From contig NC_004459.3 of NCBI RefSeq assembly GCF_000039765.1, positions 3,106,104 through 3,138,103 of the forward strand: DNA of 32,000 bases, given 5' to 3'. The notes under the pieces are model-generated. The model saw nothing but the letters and a program-made list of their open reading frames with translations, did no database searches and was not told the origin of the DNA. Position numbers and translations under genes: made by a program. Below are positions 1 to 9,625 of the stretch, piece by piece (position 1 is the first letter of the stretch; each line of letters begins with the position of its first letter). The DNA is from Vibrio vulnificus CMCP6. GTDB lineage: Bacteria; Pseudomonadota; Gammaproteobacteria; Enterobacterales; Vibrionaceae.

Positions 1-74
1 GCGTAGTCAAGGTATGAACCTCTTAGCTCATCTTCAATGTTTACGGGCGTGATCTCTTTAGCTAGATCGCTCAT
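1..74 (-). CDS. gyrA: DNA gyrase subunit A, N-terminal fragment (continues off the left edge)
   Basis: The reverse complement of 1-74 starts with ATG (complement of 72-74) and translates [25 protein letters not shown]. This is nearly identical to the E. coli GyrA N-terminus ([25 protein letters not shown]). It is absent from the ORF track because it is truncated. gyrA-ubiG adjacency matches E. coli. Confidence 0.9.
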   Translation of the reverse strand, partial: [24 protein letters not shown]

Positions 75-363
75 AGAGCCATTATCCCTCTATTTTCTGA
101 TCGTATGTACAATACGTGTAAGGTGCAAAAATATAACACACAATTCCCTAGTTCGGCATCACTTTCCCTGTCCTTTTATCAGGTTGTGACCTCGGTTGAG
201 AATCAATCGAAGAGAAATTGCACATTTTTTGTCTATGCTGCTGATAAAGGGTGTAATTTTGACCAGTTCAGCACAAAAAGCAGTTTCTCTATGGAGGAAA
301 AAAGCGAAGGCGTTATAATGCCGTCCTATTTTCAAGGAAGCAGAATCACCCAGAGCAGCGCTT

Positions 364-1071
364 ATGACTAAAACACAAAACGTTGACCCAAACGAAATCA
401 AAAAATTCGAAGACATGGCTTCTCGCTGGTGGGACTTGGAAGGTGAGTTTAAACCACTTCACCAAATCAACCCGTTGCGTCTGGATTACGTACTGTCAAA
501 AGCAGATGGTTTATTTGGCAAGAAAGTGCTCGATGTCGGCTGCGGCGGTGGCATTTTAGCCGAAAGCATGGCAAAAGAAGGCGCTGTTGTGACGGGATTG
601 GACATGGGCAAAGAACCCCTTGAGGTTGCTCGTCTGCATGCTCTTGAAACCGGTACCAAACTCACGTATATCCAAAGCACTATTGAAGATCACGCGGCTG
701 AAAATGCACAAATGTACGATGTCGTGACATGCATGGAAATGCTAGAGCACGTTCCCGATCCACTGTCTGTGATTCGTTCTTGTGCTGCACTGGTTAAACC
801 GGGTGGCCACGTGTTCTTTTCTACCTTAAATCGCAATATCAAATCGTATCTGTTTGCGATTGTTGGTGCGGAGAAACTGTTGAAAATCGTTCCCGAAGGG
901 ACGCACGACCATGACAAGTTCATCCGTCCTTCTGAATTGATTAAGATGATCGACCAAACCGATTTGTGTGAACAAGGCATCACAGGCTTGCACTACAACC
1001 CTCTGAGCGACACCTACAAATTGGGGCGTAATGTTGATGTCAATTACATCGTTCACACTCAGAAATTCTAA
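364..1071 (+). CDS. ubiG: Bifunctional 3-demethylubiquinone / 2-polyprenyl-6-hydroxyphenol O-methyltransferase
   Basis: 235-aa ORF with the SAM-binding motif [13 protein letters not shown]. The N-terminus [35 protein letters not shown] is typical of UbiG. It is divergent from gyrA as in E. coli. Confidence 0.93.
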   Translation: MTKTQNVDPNEIKKFEDMASRWWDLEGEFKPLHQINPLRLDYVLSKADGLFGKKVLDVGCGGGILAESMAKEGAVVTGLDMGKEPLEVARLHALETGTKLTYIQSTIEDHAAENAQMYDVVTCMEMLEHVPDPLSVIRSCAALVKPGGHVFFSTLNRNIKSYLFAIVGAEKLLKIVPEGTHDHDKFIRPSELIKMIDQTDLCEQGITGLHYNPLSDTYKLGRNVDVNYIVHTQKF

Positions 1072-1093
1072 AGTAAAGTGAATGTAATTTTTA

Positions 1094-1125
1094 AAGGCAG
1101 TAGCACAAAACTACTGCCTTTTTTA
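1094..1125 (+). terminator. Rho-independent terminator after ubiG
   Basis: AAGGCAGTAG (1094-1103) pairs with CTACTGCCTT (1111-1120) around a 7-nt loop, followed by a T-run. Confidence 0.8.
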
Positions 1126-1326
1126 GTTAAAGCATGCACGTTTTTTGTGCTTGCGATTCCATTTTAACCAAGCCAGTTTTCGCATACAAAAAAGCATAAA
1201 GATCAAGAAAAATATTTTCGTTTGCGGTTAAGAATAAACCGATCCAAAAATCACACTTTTCTTCATCCAAGTGCGCTCTTTTCTCATCGGTAAGTGTTTA
1301 CTTACAGTTTTTTGTAATTTTGCAAG

Positions 1327-1335
1327 TTATCCACA
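1327..1335 (+). promoter_or_regulatory. Consensus DnaA box upstream of nrdA
   Basis: Exact TTATCCACA 9-mer. The E. coli nrdAB promoter is known to carry DnaA boxes. A single 9-mer could occur by chance. Confidence 0.5.
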
Positions 1336-1404
1336 AGTCATCCAGAGTCTGTGCCTTGAAAACCGATGCCAATAGCACTATCTTGTAACCCGAAAACATT
1401 AGTA

Positions 1405-1441
1405 CCCCTATATGTTGTGTTTGAACTACAATATGTAGATA
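1405..1441 (+). promoter_or_regulatory. Tandem NrdR boxes upstream of nrdA
   Basis: cccCTATATGTTGtgt (1405-1420) and ctaCAATATGTAGata (1426-1441) each fit the 16-bp NrdR palindrome acaCwAtATaTwGtgt with 1-3 core mismatches. Their centres are 21 bp apart (two helical turns). A weaker third match, tagCACTATCTTGtaa, lies at 1372-1387. Confidence 0.55.
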
Positions 1442-1538
1442 GACTTTGATCACAAAGCCACGAAGAAATTTACAGTTGTTTCAATAGAAACACACAAAAA
1501 TAAGGCTTTTATCAGTTTTGTTAGGGAAAGAAAGCAGA

Positions 1539-3821
1539 ATGAACCAACAACTTACCGTCACCAAGCGTGATGGCCGTAAAGAAAACATCGATCTAGAGAA
1601 GCTCCATCGCGTGATTACTTGGGCCGCCGAAGGCCTAGACAACGTCTCTGTTTCACAAGTAGAACTGCGCGCTCACATTCAGTTCTATGATGGCATCACG
1701 ACGAGCGATATCCACGAGACTATCATCAAATCTGCTGCTGACTTGATTTCTGAAGAGACGCCAGATTACCAATATTTGGCGGCTCGTCTTGCAGTCTTCC
1801 ACTTGCGTAAAAAAGCATACGGTCAATATGAGCCACCAACGCTGTACGATCACGTTGCGCGCCTCGTTGATATGGGTAAATACGACAAGCATATCCTTGA
1901 AGACTATACCAAAGCAGAGCTCGATGAGCTGGATGCTTACCTCGATCATAAACGTGACCTCGATTTCTCTTACGCGGCTGTAAAACAGCTTGAAGGTAAG
2001 TATTTCGTGCAAAACCGTGTAAGTGGTCAAATCTACGAAAGTGCACAGTTCCTGTACATTTTGGTAGCCGCTTGCCTATTTGCAAAATACCCAAAAGAGA
2101 CACGCCTAGATTACGTTAAGCGTTTCTATGACGCGACATCGACCTTTAAGATTTCGCTACCAACACCAATCATGTCTGGTGTGCGTACACCGACTCGTCA
2201 GTTCAGCTCATGCGTTCTGATCGAATGTGGTGACAGCCTAGATTCGATTAATGCGACAGCAAGCTCTATCGTACGTTACGTTTCTCAACGTGCGGGTATC
2301 GGTATCAACGCAGGTCGTATTCGTGCGTTGGGGTCTGAAATCCGTGGTGGTGAAGCGTTCCACACGGGTTGTATTCCGTTCTACAAGTACTTCCAAACTG
2401 CCGTGAAATGCTGTTCTCAAGGCGGTGTGCGTGGTGGTGCAGCAACGGTGTTCTACCCGATGTGGCACGGCGAAGCTCGCTCACTCATGGTACTGAAAAA
2501 CAACCGCGGCGTTGAAGAAAACCGTGTCCGCCACATGGACTACGGTGTTCAGTTAAACAAACTGATGTACCAACGTCTGGTTGAAGGTGGCAACATCACG
2601 CTGTTCTCTCCGTCAGATGTACCAGGGCTTTACGATGCGTTCTTCGAGAACCAAGCGGAATTTGAACGTCTGTATGTGAAATACGAAAACGATCCGTCAA
2701 TTAAGAAAGAGACGGTAAAAGCGCTAGAGATGTTTACCTTACTCATGCAAGAGCGCGCGTCTACTGGCCGTATTTACATTCAGAACGTGGACCACTGTAA
2801 TACACACAGCCCGTTTGATGCAGAAGTCGCGCCGGTGCGCCAGTCAAACTTGTGTCTGGAAATTGCGCTGCCAACCAAACCACTTGCTAACGTTGAGGAT
2901 GACTCAGGCGAAATCGCGCTCTGTACCTTGTCTGCTTTCAACCTTGGTGCAATCAACACACTTGACGATCTTAAAGAGTTATCTGAATTGGTGGTGCGTG
3001 CTCTTGATGCTCTGCTTGATTATCAAGATTACCCACTACCAGCGGCGTACAAATCAACGATGAACCGTCGTACTTTGGGTGTGGGTGTGATCAACTACGC
3101 GTACTACCTTGCCAAACACGGTGTGAAATACTCGGATGGCAGTGCCAATGGTTTGACTCACCGTACGTTTGAAGCGATTCAGTACTACCTATTGAAAGCA
3201 TCGGTTGAGTTGGCGAAAGAACAAGGTAAGTGCCCACTGTTCCACGAAACCAACTACGCGAAAGGCTTAATGCCGATTGACACGTACAAGAAAGACATCG
3301 ATTTGATCTGTGATGAGCCCCTTCATTACGACTGGGATGCGCTGCGTGCTGAAATCATGGAACATGGTCTACGTAACTCGACACTCACCGCGCTAATGCC
3401 TTCTGAGACCTCTTCTCAGATTTCTAACGCGACGAACGGTATCGAGCCACCACGTGGTTATGTGTCGGTCAAAGCATCAAAAGATGGTATTTTGAAGCAG
3501 GTTGTGCCTGACTTCATCGAGTTGAAGAACAACTATGAGCTGTTGTGGAACATCGGCTCAAACGATGGCTACCTACATCTTGTTGGTATTATGCAGAAGT
3601 TCGTTGACCAAGCCATTTCGGCAAACACAAACTACGATCCTGCTCGTTATGAGAGCGGCAAAGTGCCAATGAAGAAGCTGCTTCAAGATTTGCTCACCGC
3701 GTACAAGTTTGGCGTAAAAACGCTTTACTACCATAACACCCGTGATGGCGCGAAAGACGAGCAAAAAGACGCAGTTCAACCACAAGATGACGATTGTGCA
3801 GGCGGCGGTTGTAAGATTTAA
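1539..3821 (+). CDS. nrdA: Class Ia ribonucleoside-diphosphate reductase, alpha subunit
   Basis: Collinear high identity to E. coli NrdA from MNQ..LTVTKRDG (ATP-cone) to the C-terminal ...DDDCAGGGCKI. I prefer the ATG at 1539 over the track's TTG at 1518 because homologues start at MNQ. Confidence 0.97.
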   Translation: MNQQLTVTKRDGRKENIDLEKLHRVITWAAEGLDNVSVSQVELRAHIQFYDGITTSDIHETIIKSAADLISEETPDYQYLAARLAVFHLRKKAYGQYEPPTLYDHVARLVDMGKYDKHILEDYTKAELDELDAYLDHKRDLDFSYAAVKQLEGKYFVQNRVSGQIYESAQFLYILVAACLFAKYPKETRLDYVKRFYDATSTFKISLPTPIMSGVRTPTRQFSSCVLIECGDSLDSINATASSIVRYVSQRAGIGINAGRIRALGSEIRGGEAFHTGCIPFYKYFQTAVKCCSQGGVRGGAATVFYPMWHGEARSLMVLKNNRGVEENRVRHMDYGVQLNKLMYQRLVEGGNITLFSPSDVPGLYDAFFENQAEFERLYVKYENDPSIKKETVKALEMFTLLMQERASTGRIYIQNVDHCNTHSPFDAEVAPVRQSNLCLEIALPTKPLANVEDDSGEIALCTLSAFNLGAINTLDDLKELSELVVRALDALLDYQDYPLPAAYKSTMNRRTLGVGVINYAYYLAKHGVKYSDGSANGLTHRTFEAIQYYLLKASVELAKEQGKCPLFHETNYAKGLMPIDTYKKDIDLICDEPLHYDWDALRAEIMEHGLRNSTLTALMPSETSSQISNATNGIEPPRGYVSVKASKDGILKQVVPDFIELKNNYELLWNIGSNDGYLHLVGIMQKFVDQAISANTNYDPARYESGKVPMKKLLQDLLTAYKFGVKTLYYHNTRDGAKDEQKDAVQPQDDDCAGGGCKI

Positions 3822-3901
3822 TCTTCCCCACTCATAATCGAAACCAATACAGACTATCGAATGCCTCCCCTGTAGGGGAGGTTAAAAGGAATTGAGGCAT
3901 C

Positions 3902-5035
3902 ATGGCTTACAGTACTTTTAACCAAACTAAAAATGACCAGCTCAAAGAACCGATGTTTTTGGGCCAATCGGTTAACGTTGCACGTTACGACCAGCAAAAG
4001 TTCGAGATCTTTGAAAAGCTGATCGAAAAACAATTGTCTTTCTTCTGGCGCCCAGAAGAAGTCGACGTGTCGAGCGATCGCATCGACTACAACAAACTGC
4101 CTGATCATGAGAAGCACATCTTCATCTCAAACTTGAAGTACCAAACGCTGCTTGATTCGATCCAAGGCCGTAGCCCAAACGTGGCATTGCTTCCGTTAGT
4201 TTCTCTTCCTGAGCTAGAGACATGGATTGAAACTTGGTCTTTCTCTGAAACGATCCACTCTCGTTCTTATACGCACATCATTCGTAATATCGTCAATGAT
4301 CCAAGTGTCGTTTTTGATGACATCGTCGAAAACGAACACATTCTTAAGCGTGCGAAAGACATCGCGCACTACTACGATGATTTGATTCAATTGACCAACG
4401 ACTACCACCGCTTTGGCGAAGGTGAGCACGTGGTGAATGGCGAAACCATTAAAGTTAGCCTGTATGAACTGAAGAAAAAACTCTACTTGTGTCTGATGTC
4501 AGTTAACGCGCTCGAAGCCATTCGCTTCTACGTGAGCTTTGCATGTTCATTTGCTTTCGCGGAGCGTGAGCTTATGGAAGGCAACGCAAAAATCATCAAG
4601 CTGATCGCTCGTGATGAGGCCCTGCATCTTAACGGCACTCAGCACATGATCAACCTACTGCGCAATGGTCAAGATGACTTCTCCTTCATGCAAATTGCAG
4701 AAGAAGCGAAGCAACAGTGTTTTGATCTGTTCAAAGAAGCGGCTGAGCAAGAGAAGGAATGGGCAGAATACCTGTTCAAAGATGGTTCGATGATTGGCCT
4801 GAACAAAGACATTCTTTGTCAGTACGTTGAGTACATTACCAACATTCGCATGCAAGCCGTTGGTCTTCCAGTGGCGTACCCGAATGCAACCTCGAATCCA
4901 ATTCCTTGGATCAATGCTTGGTTGTCTTCTGACAACGTGCAAGTGGCACCACAAGAAGCGGAAATTTCCTCTTACTTGGTAGGCCAAATTGACAACGAAG
5001 TTCACTCTGACGATTTTGAGGGTTTTGAACTCTAA
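3902..5035 (+). CDS. nrdB: Class Ia ribonucleotide reductase, beta (R2) subunit
   Basis: 377-aa ORF starting [22 protein letters not shown].., with diiron/tyrosyl-radical regions ([21 protein letters not shown]). It lies directly downstream of nrdA. Confidence 0.96.
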   Translation: MAYSTFNQTKNDQLKEPMFLGQSVNVARYDQQKFEIFEKLIEKQLSFFWRPEEVDVSSDRIDYNKLPDHEKHIFISNLKYQTLLDSIQGRSPNVALLPLVSLPELETWIETWSFSETIHSRSYTHIIRNIVNDPSVVFDDIVENEHILKRAKDIAHYYDDLIQLTNDYHRFGEGEHVVNGETIKVSLYELKKKLYLCLMSVNALEAIRFYVSFACSFAFAERELMEGNAKIIKLIARDEALHLNGTQHMINLLRNGQDDFSFMQIAEEAKQQCFDLFKEAAEQEKEWAEYLFKDGSMIGLNKDILCQYVEYITNIRMQAVGLPVAYPNATSNPIPWINAWLSSDNVQVAPQEAEISSYLVGQIDNEVHSDDFEGFEL

Positions 5036-5313
5036 TGCCAAAAATCCGCATCAACAAGCTACACAGCATTGAGTCCAACCGTGCTAACACCATTTTGGAA
5101 ACGATGGAACAAGCAGGGTTGCAGCCAGAATATAACTGTCGTGACGGGCACTGTGGTGCATGTCGCTGCAAGCTTGAGTCTGGCGAAGTGGAGTATGTGG
5201 GTTTTGCCATGGCCTATACACAAGGCAATGAGATTTTGCCGTGTATCTGCCGCGCGAAAACAGATGTGGTATTGAGTGACGTCAATTACGTCCTAAAAGA
5301 AAAACGCGCTTAA
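5035..5313 (+). CDS. yfaE: 2Fe-2S ferredoxin YfaE (maintenance of the NrdB diferric-tyrosyl cofactor)
   Basis: 92-aa ORF with the plant-type ferredoxin cysteine pattern CRDGHCGACRC...LPCIC. Its ATG overlaps the nrdB stop (TAATG), and the nrdAB-yfaE order matches E. coli. Confidence 0.88.
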   Translation: MPKIRINKLHSIESNRANTILETMEQAGLQPEYNCRDGHCGACRCKLESGEVEYVGFAMAYTQGNEILPCICRAKTDVVLSDVNYVLKEKRA

Positions 5314-5333
5314 TCTTTTTTGACCAAGAAACA

Positions 5334-5366
5334 AAGAGCCAGCAAAAAATATGCTGGCTCTTTTTC
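5334..5366. terminator. Bidirectional terminator between convergent yfaE and the cinA-like gene
   Basis: AAGAGCCAGCA (5334-5344) pairs with TGCTGGCTCTT (5352-5362). There is a T-run downstream on the plus strand and an A-rich run upstream, which reads as a T-run on the minus strand. Confidence 0.8.
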
Positions 5367-5416
5367 TTTCTGTGTGAACGTGTGAACAAAAACAAATCGC
5401 GCTTAACTCAACATAT

Positions 5417-6652
5417 TTATTTCACTAGACTGCTCGGTACAAACATTTCTTTGACTTTCGTGACGGAGAAATAGTCCCCAAACATGGGTTTCTTTTCTAA
5501 GTAACGACGCAATACATCCGCCGCGACCGTGCTGATCACCTTATTCGCTTCCTTTCGCGCATACTCACGGTTTAACTCCAGCACCATCCCCCACTCACCA
5601 CCATGCGCTGATAAAGCCACAGAGAATTGTTTTCCGTTGAGTTTACCGGTCACCAAAGCAAGGTCTGTCGCGCATTTTTCACGCGTCGCACCCGCTAAAG
5701 CAAACGCCGCAGCAAGAGGATTACTGTGATCGATAGTCTCACTGCCTTTGGCCGAAAGCACCCAGCCATGACCACTCTGCTCCGCAATATTCTGCTCAGA
5801 TTGCAGCCAACTGGTTAAGTAACCATAGCTACTCTGCTCCGCCGTCGCTAAAGTTAAGTCTTTCTCTTTCAACATATGGCCAATGTGTTCTAGCATCGGC
5901 TCGTCCACGCTCACTACGTTACTTTCCAGTAATTTGTAGATCAACTGCATCACTTTGACGCGCTCATCAAGGGCATCTTTTGGTCCAAACAGTTTCACTT
6001 CAATAAATGGCAAACTTGAGCGGTAACCTAACTCGTAGCCTTGTGGCAATTTCAGCGCATCGAGCTTATCTGAAATACCAGATTCAGACAGACCAAAGGT
6101 ATAAAGACGGCTACATTGATACGCTTCATTGTTTGGCCACTGGGCTTTGAGATCTGGCAGAATCTGCGTTTCAACCATAACTTTAAATTCACGAGGGACA
6201 CCCGGCGTGAAATAGAACAGGGCATCATTGATGTGCATCTTGAAGCCGCAAGCCGTACCTATCGGGTTGTCTACAATTTCGGCTATTTCAGGCAACATGG
6301 CTTGCTTGAGGTTACTGTCTGGCATAGGGCGATTACGCTCACGGTACATCTCTCCCATGCGAGTCAACCACGCTTTAAACAGCACAATTTTGCATTCGGC
6401 GGCTTTGGCTGCCGCTGCCGCACTCATATCGTCTGTGGTTGGTCCTAAGCCACCATTGACGATGACAACATCGTTGTTAAAGCTCAACATGAGTAGCTCT
6501 TCGACCAAGGCATTCATTTGATCCCCAACGGTCGAACGCTTAGTCAGGGCAAAACCTTGCTCATACATGACGCTTGAAAGCCAAGCGGCATTCGTGTCGA
6601 CAATGTCACCGTGAAGCACTTCTTCACCCGTACTCAACATGGCAATTTTCAC
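5417..6652 (-). CDS. yfaY: CinA-like protein (N-terminal MoCF/MoaB-type domain plus C-terminal CinA/PncC-type domain), YfaY orthologue
   Basis: 411 aa. The N-terminus MKIAMLSTGEEVLHGDIVDTNAAWLS...VIVNGGLGPTTDD...GTACGF...FTPGVPREFKVMVE aligns collinearly with E. coli YfaY/CinA. Confidence 0.85.
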   Translation of the reverse strand: MKIAMLSTGEEVLHGDIVDTNAAWLSSVMYEQGFALTKRSTVGDQMNALVEELLMLSFNNDVVIVNGGLGPTTDDMSAAAAAKAAECKIVLFKAWLTRMGEMYRERNRPMPDSNLKQAMLPEIAEIVDNPIGTACGFKMHINDALFYFTPGVPREFKVMVETQILPDLKAQWPNNEAYQCSRLYTFGLSESGISDKLDALKLPQGYELGYRSSLPFIEVKLFGPKDALDERVKVMQLIYKLLESNVVSVDEPMLEHIGHMLKEKDLTLATAEQSSYGYLTSWLQSEQNIAEQSGHGWVLSAKGSETIDHSNPLAAAFALAGATREKCATDLALVTGKLNGKQFSVALSAHGGEWGMVLELNREYARKEANKVISTVAADVLRRYLEKKPMFGDYFSVTKVKEMFVPSSLVK

Positions 6653-6824
6653 GAATCGTATTCCTTAAATAATCTGGAGTCATTCACTCTTAAAGCGATA
6701 TATTTCGGTTAGACCAAACTCTTATGCCAATTGTTTCGGCTAAATTGATGACAACTGTTCCCATAAAGGTCACTTTAAGGGATAATTGTGAGCTCGATCA
6801 TCTAACACAACTTGGAGACCCTTT

Positions 6825-7733
6825 GTGTCAAAGCAAATCTTAAAAACTACAGCTTTGAGTGGACTCATTCTTACCGCTTCTGCATCTGCTACCGAACAAT
6901 ACGACTTCAGTAAGCACATAGAATTTTCGTACAGCACCAACTGTCTTCAAGAGTACTGTGTCAGCGACAACTTGTATAGCTACAAGCCTACGACTACGTT
7001 GTCTTTAGATGAGCCGAGTAATGAACTGAATTTAGACGCAGGTACGCAACCTAAGCACTACATTGTCCCACAAGATAAAGACTGGGACTATCTGATGGGT
7101 CAAACCTACACCATTCTCGGTTTGAGTGTGGCGACAGTAGGCTTGATGACTTTGTTACCAGAAAGCATTACCAAGTGGGATGACGATGCTCGAGACATCA
7201 GTAATCTAGGTAGCAAGTGGAAAGACAACGTTTCCTCTGGCCCAGTATGGGACCGCGACGAGCACTTCTTAAACTACATCATGCACCCTTACTTTGGTGG
7301 TGTGTACTACACGGCGGCACGCCACGCCGGATACAACGAATTTGAATCGTTTCTTTACTCTTCTGTCATGTCGACTTTCTTCTGGGAATACGGCGTAGAA
7401 GCGTTTGCAGAAGTACCATCATGGCAAGATATCTTCATTACGCCATTTTTCGGTGCCGTGGTTGGTGAAATCATGTTGGAAACGGAGCAAAATATTATCG
7501 CCAATGGCGGTGAAGTTTTAGGCTCCGAAACCGTGGGCGATGTGTCACTGTTTTTCCTTAACCCTGTTGGTCATATCCATTACTGGGTCAGTAACGCATG
7601 GGGTGGCAGTGCTGAAGTCAACTTTGTTTCTAATCCTTGGTTTGGTAATCAGGATGCGGCCAAATATGCGTTGGATTCTGGCTACGCATACGACAACCAG
7701 TTCTACGGGTTTGATTTCAAAGTCACATTCTAA
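6825..7733 (+). CDS. Exported/membrane hypothetical protein (possibly DUF3943-like)
   Basis: GTG start with GGAG (6814-6817) 7 nt upstream. Signal-peptide-like N-terminus MSKQILKTTALSGLILTASASA|TEQ, a hydrophobic segment TILGLSVATVGLMTLLP, and an own terminator downstream. The motif HPYFGGVYYTAARHAGYNEFESF resembles what I recall of DUF3943 (unverified). Confidence 0.75.
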   Translation: MSKQILKTTALSGLILTASASATEQYDFSKHIEFSYSTNCLQEYCVSDNLYSYKPTTTLSLDEPSNELNLDAGTQPKHYIVPQDKDWDYLMGQTYTILGLSVATVGLMTLLPESITKWDDDARDISNLGSKWKDNVSSGPVWDRDEHFLNYIMHPYFGGVYYTAARHAGYNEFESFLYSSVMSTFFWEYGVEAFAEVPSWQDIFITPFFGAVVGEIMLETEQNIIANGGEVLGSETVGDVSLFFLNPVGHIHYWVSNAWGGSAEVNFVSNPWFGNQDAAKYALDSGYAYDNQFYGFDFKVTF

Positions 7734-7750
7734 CCAATCATTTTTGTAGC

Positions 7751-7777
7751 GGGCGACCTCAACGGTCGCCCTTTTTG
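7751..7777 (+). terminator. Rho-independent terminator after the exported hypothetical gene
   Basis: GGGCGACC (7751-7758) pairs with GGTCGCCC (7764-7771) around a 5-nt loop, then TTTTT. Confidence 0.85.
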
Positions 7778-7930
7778 TGCCTTACCACTGAATTTCTCCA
7801 TCCACTTTTGGGATTAGGTGAAAAACTTGACCTTAGTCAAACCTGTCATACATCGATAGCTTCTACACTGAAATCAGACAAGGATTATTTCTTTTAATCA
7901 ACAAGTTGCTTGATGTGTCAGGGGGAAGTT

Positions 7931-8443
7931 ATGAACAGTGTATTCATCGTTAATTTCGTTGGTAGAGCCTCTCCAACAACGATCAAACAGTTAGCGGCTA
8001 TTACTCATGAAAATGGGGGTAAATGGCTAATCAGCAAGGTTAACTTCATTGAAGACCAAGTGGCCGCAGTGATTAAAATTGACATGCCATCACAGCACGT
8101 TCAAACCGTTAAAGATGCCTTCAGCTCTCACCCAGACTTGGTTGTTCAGTTTGTTGATTCAGACTCAACCACTCACGACAAAGAAACCATCTTCCAACTT
8201 CGTCTCGATTCGAATGATCGTGCCGGCATTGTCAATGAGATTACCCACGTGCTCGACAATCAAGGCATCAGCATTCTTGATATGGACTGCCAACGCGTAT
8301 TTATTGCTGGCGGCGGCGGTGTCAGCTCCAGTTTGTTTACCGCTAATATGGCGATTAAATTGCCTGTCGAGCTTGATATAGAAGACGTCGCCAACGAGCT
8401 AGAATCCTTGAGTGAAGACACTCGCGTGATTATCGAGTCTTAA
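7931..8443 (+). CDS. Tandem ACT-domain protein (GcvR-like, 'glycine cleavage system protein R' family)
   Basis: 170 aa from the ATG at 7931, with an AGGGGGAAG SD just upstream. The track's TTG at 7910 is probably an over-extension. There are two ACT-like halves. The second carries LDSNDRAGIVNEITHVLDNQGISILDM, similar to GADRPGIVNTITRHV in E. coli GcvR. The functional assignment is weak. Confidence 0.7.
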   Translation: MNSVFIVNFVGRASPTTIKQLAAITHENGGKWLISKVNFIEDQVAAVIKIDMPSQHVQTVKDAFSSHPDLVVQFVDSDSTTHDKETIFQLRLDSNDRAGIVNEITHVLDNQGISILDMDCQRVFIAGGGGVSSSLFTANMAIKLPVELDIEDVANELESLSEDTRVIIES

Positions 8444-8446
8444 CAA

Positions 8447-8475
8447 ACAAAAAGAGCAGCCAACTGGCTGCTCTT
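8447..8475. terminator. Terminator hairpin between the convergent ACT-protein gene and nspC
   Basis: AGAGCAGCC (8453-8461) pairs with GGCTGCTCT (8466-8474) around a 4-nt loop. The T-run is good only on the minus strand (the nspC side) and poor on the plus strand. Confidence 0.7.
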
Positions 8476-8491
8476 ATCTATATAGCCGAAC

Positions 8492-9625
8492 TTACTGTAC
8501 CGACCATAGTGATAAACTACGTTTGAAATCTTCGTAACCAAACTCGTTGAGTTTTTGAATCTCACCATTGGTGCGCTCACAGTATACGGAAGGCATCTTC
8601 AGACCGTTGAACCAGTTCAGTTTCACCATAGTGTAACCTGCACTATCAAGAATGTGCAGACGCTGGCCAACGTGCAGAGGCTGGTCAAACTTAGCCACAC
8701 AGAATTGGTCACCTGCCAAACATGAACAAGAACCAATCACGTACTCATGTTCACCATTTTCTGATGCTTCAAGCACTGATGCAGGTTCTTTGTAGATCAG
8801 CGTATCAAGGCGGTGTGCTTCTGTTGCAGAATCTACGATTGCCGTTTTCATGCCGTTTTCAACCAAATCCACCACGGTCACAACCAAATCGGTGGTTTTA
8901 GTGATGATCGCTTCACCTGGCTCTAAATACATCTGTACGCCGTGCTTCTCAGAGAACGCTTTCAGCGCTAGACCCAGCTTTTCTACATCGTAACCTGGCC
9001 ACGTGAAGAACACGCCTCCGCCCATGCTGACCCAATCAAGTTTGTTGAGATAAGCACCGAAACGCTCAGAGATGGAATCCAGTAGCGCGATGAAGGCGTC
9101 CACATCTTTGTTCTCACAGTTCATGTGGAACATCACGCCATTAATGCTATCGAATACCGCCGGATCAATATGGTCAGCCTGTACACCCAAACGTGAGAAC
9201 TGGCGAGCAGGGTTTGCTAAATCTTGGCTTGCGTAACTCACACCTGGGTTCAAACGCAGACCGATAGACGCTTTGCCTTCAACGATATGACGGTGCGCTG
9301 CCAGCTGAGACTGTGAGTTGAAAATGATTTTATCGCACAGATCCGCGACTTCACGAACATCATCTTCGCTATAACCCACACTGTAAGCGTGCGTTTCGCC
9401 ACCAAACTTTTCATAACCTAGCTTCACTTCGAACGGCCCTGAGCTCGTCGTACCGTCTAGGTAAGGTTTGATGATGTCGAATACACCCCAAGTAGAAAAG
9501 CACTTCAGTGCCAATACCAACTTAACCCCAGAAATTTCTTTTAACTGCTTAGCAATCTCTAGATTTTGGATCAACTTTGCTTCGTCAATCATGAAAAATG
9601 GTGTTTTCAATTGCTCTTTGTTCAT
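8492..9625 (-). CDS. nspC: Carboxynorspermidine/carboxyspermidine decarboxylase
   Basis: [50 protein letters not shown]... matches Vibrio NspC (alanine-racemase-fold PLP decarboxylase). I prefer the ATG at complement 9623-9625 (377 aa) over the track's upstream ATG at 9661. It is the last gene of the norspermidine operon. Confidence 0.92.
   Translation of the reverse strand: MNKEQLKTPFFMIDEAKLIQNLEIAKQLKEISGVKLVLALKCFSTWGVFDIIKPYLDGTTSSGPFEVKLGYEKFGGETHAYSVGYSEDDVREVADLCDKIIFNSQSQLAAHRHIVEGKASIGLRLNPGVSYASQDLANPARQFSRLGVQADHIDPAVFDSINGVMFHMNCENKDVDAFIALLDSISERFGAYLNKLDWVSMGGGVFFTWPGYDVEKLGLALKAFSEKHGVQMYLEPGEAIITKTTDLVVTVVDLVENGMKTAIVDSATEAHRLDTLIYKEPASVLEASENGEHEYVIGSCSCLAGDQFCVAKFDQPLHVGQRLHILDSAGYTMVKLNWFNGLKMPSVYCERTNGEIQKLNEFGYEDFKRSLSLWSVQ

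Noticed and set aside
105-416. ORFs of 88 aa (+) and 85 aa (-) in the gyrA-ubiG divergent intergenic region
   Set aside because: They overlap each other and the ubiG start. Their composition is low-complexity and Cys/Phe-rich, they lack an SD, and they occupy what should be the divergent gyrA/ubiG promoter region. They are most likely spurious.
1518-1538. TTG-initiated 7-codon N-terminal extension of nrdA in the ORF track
   Set aside because: NrdA homologues, including E. coli, begin at MNQ. The ATG at 1539 is the conserved start.
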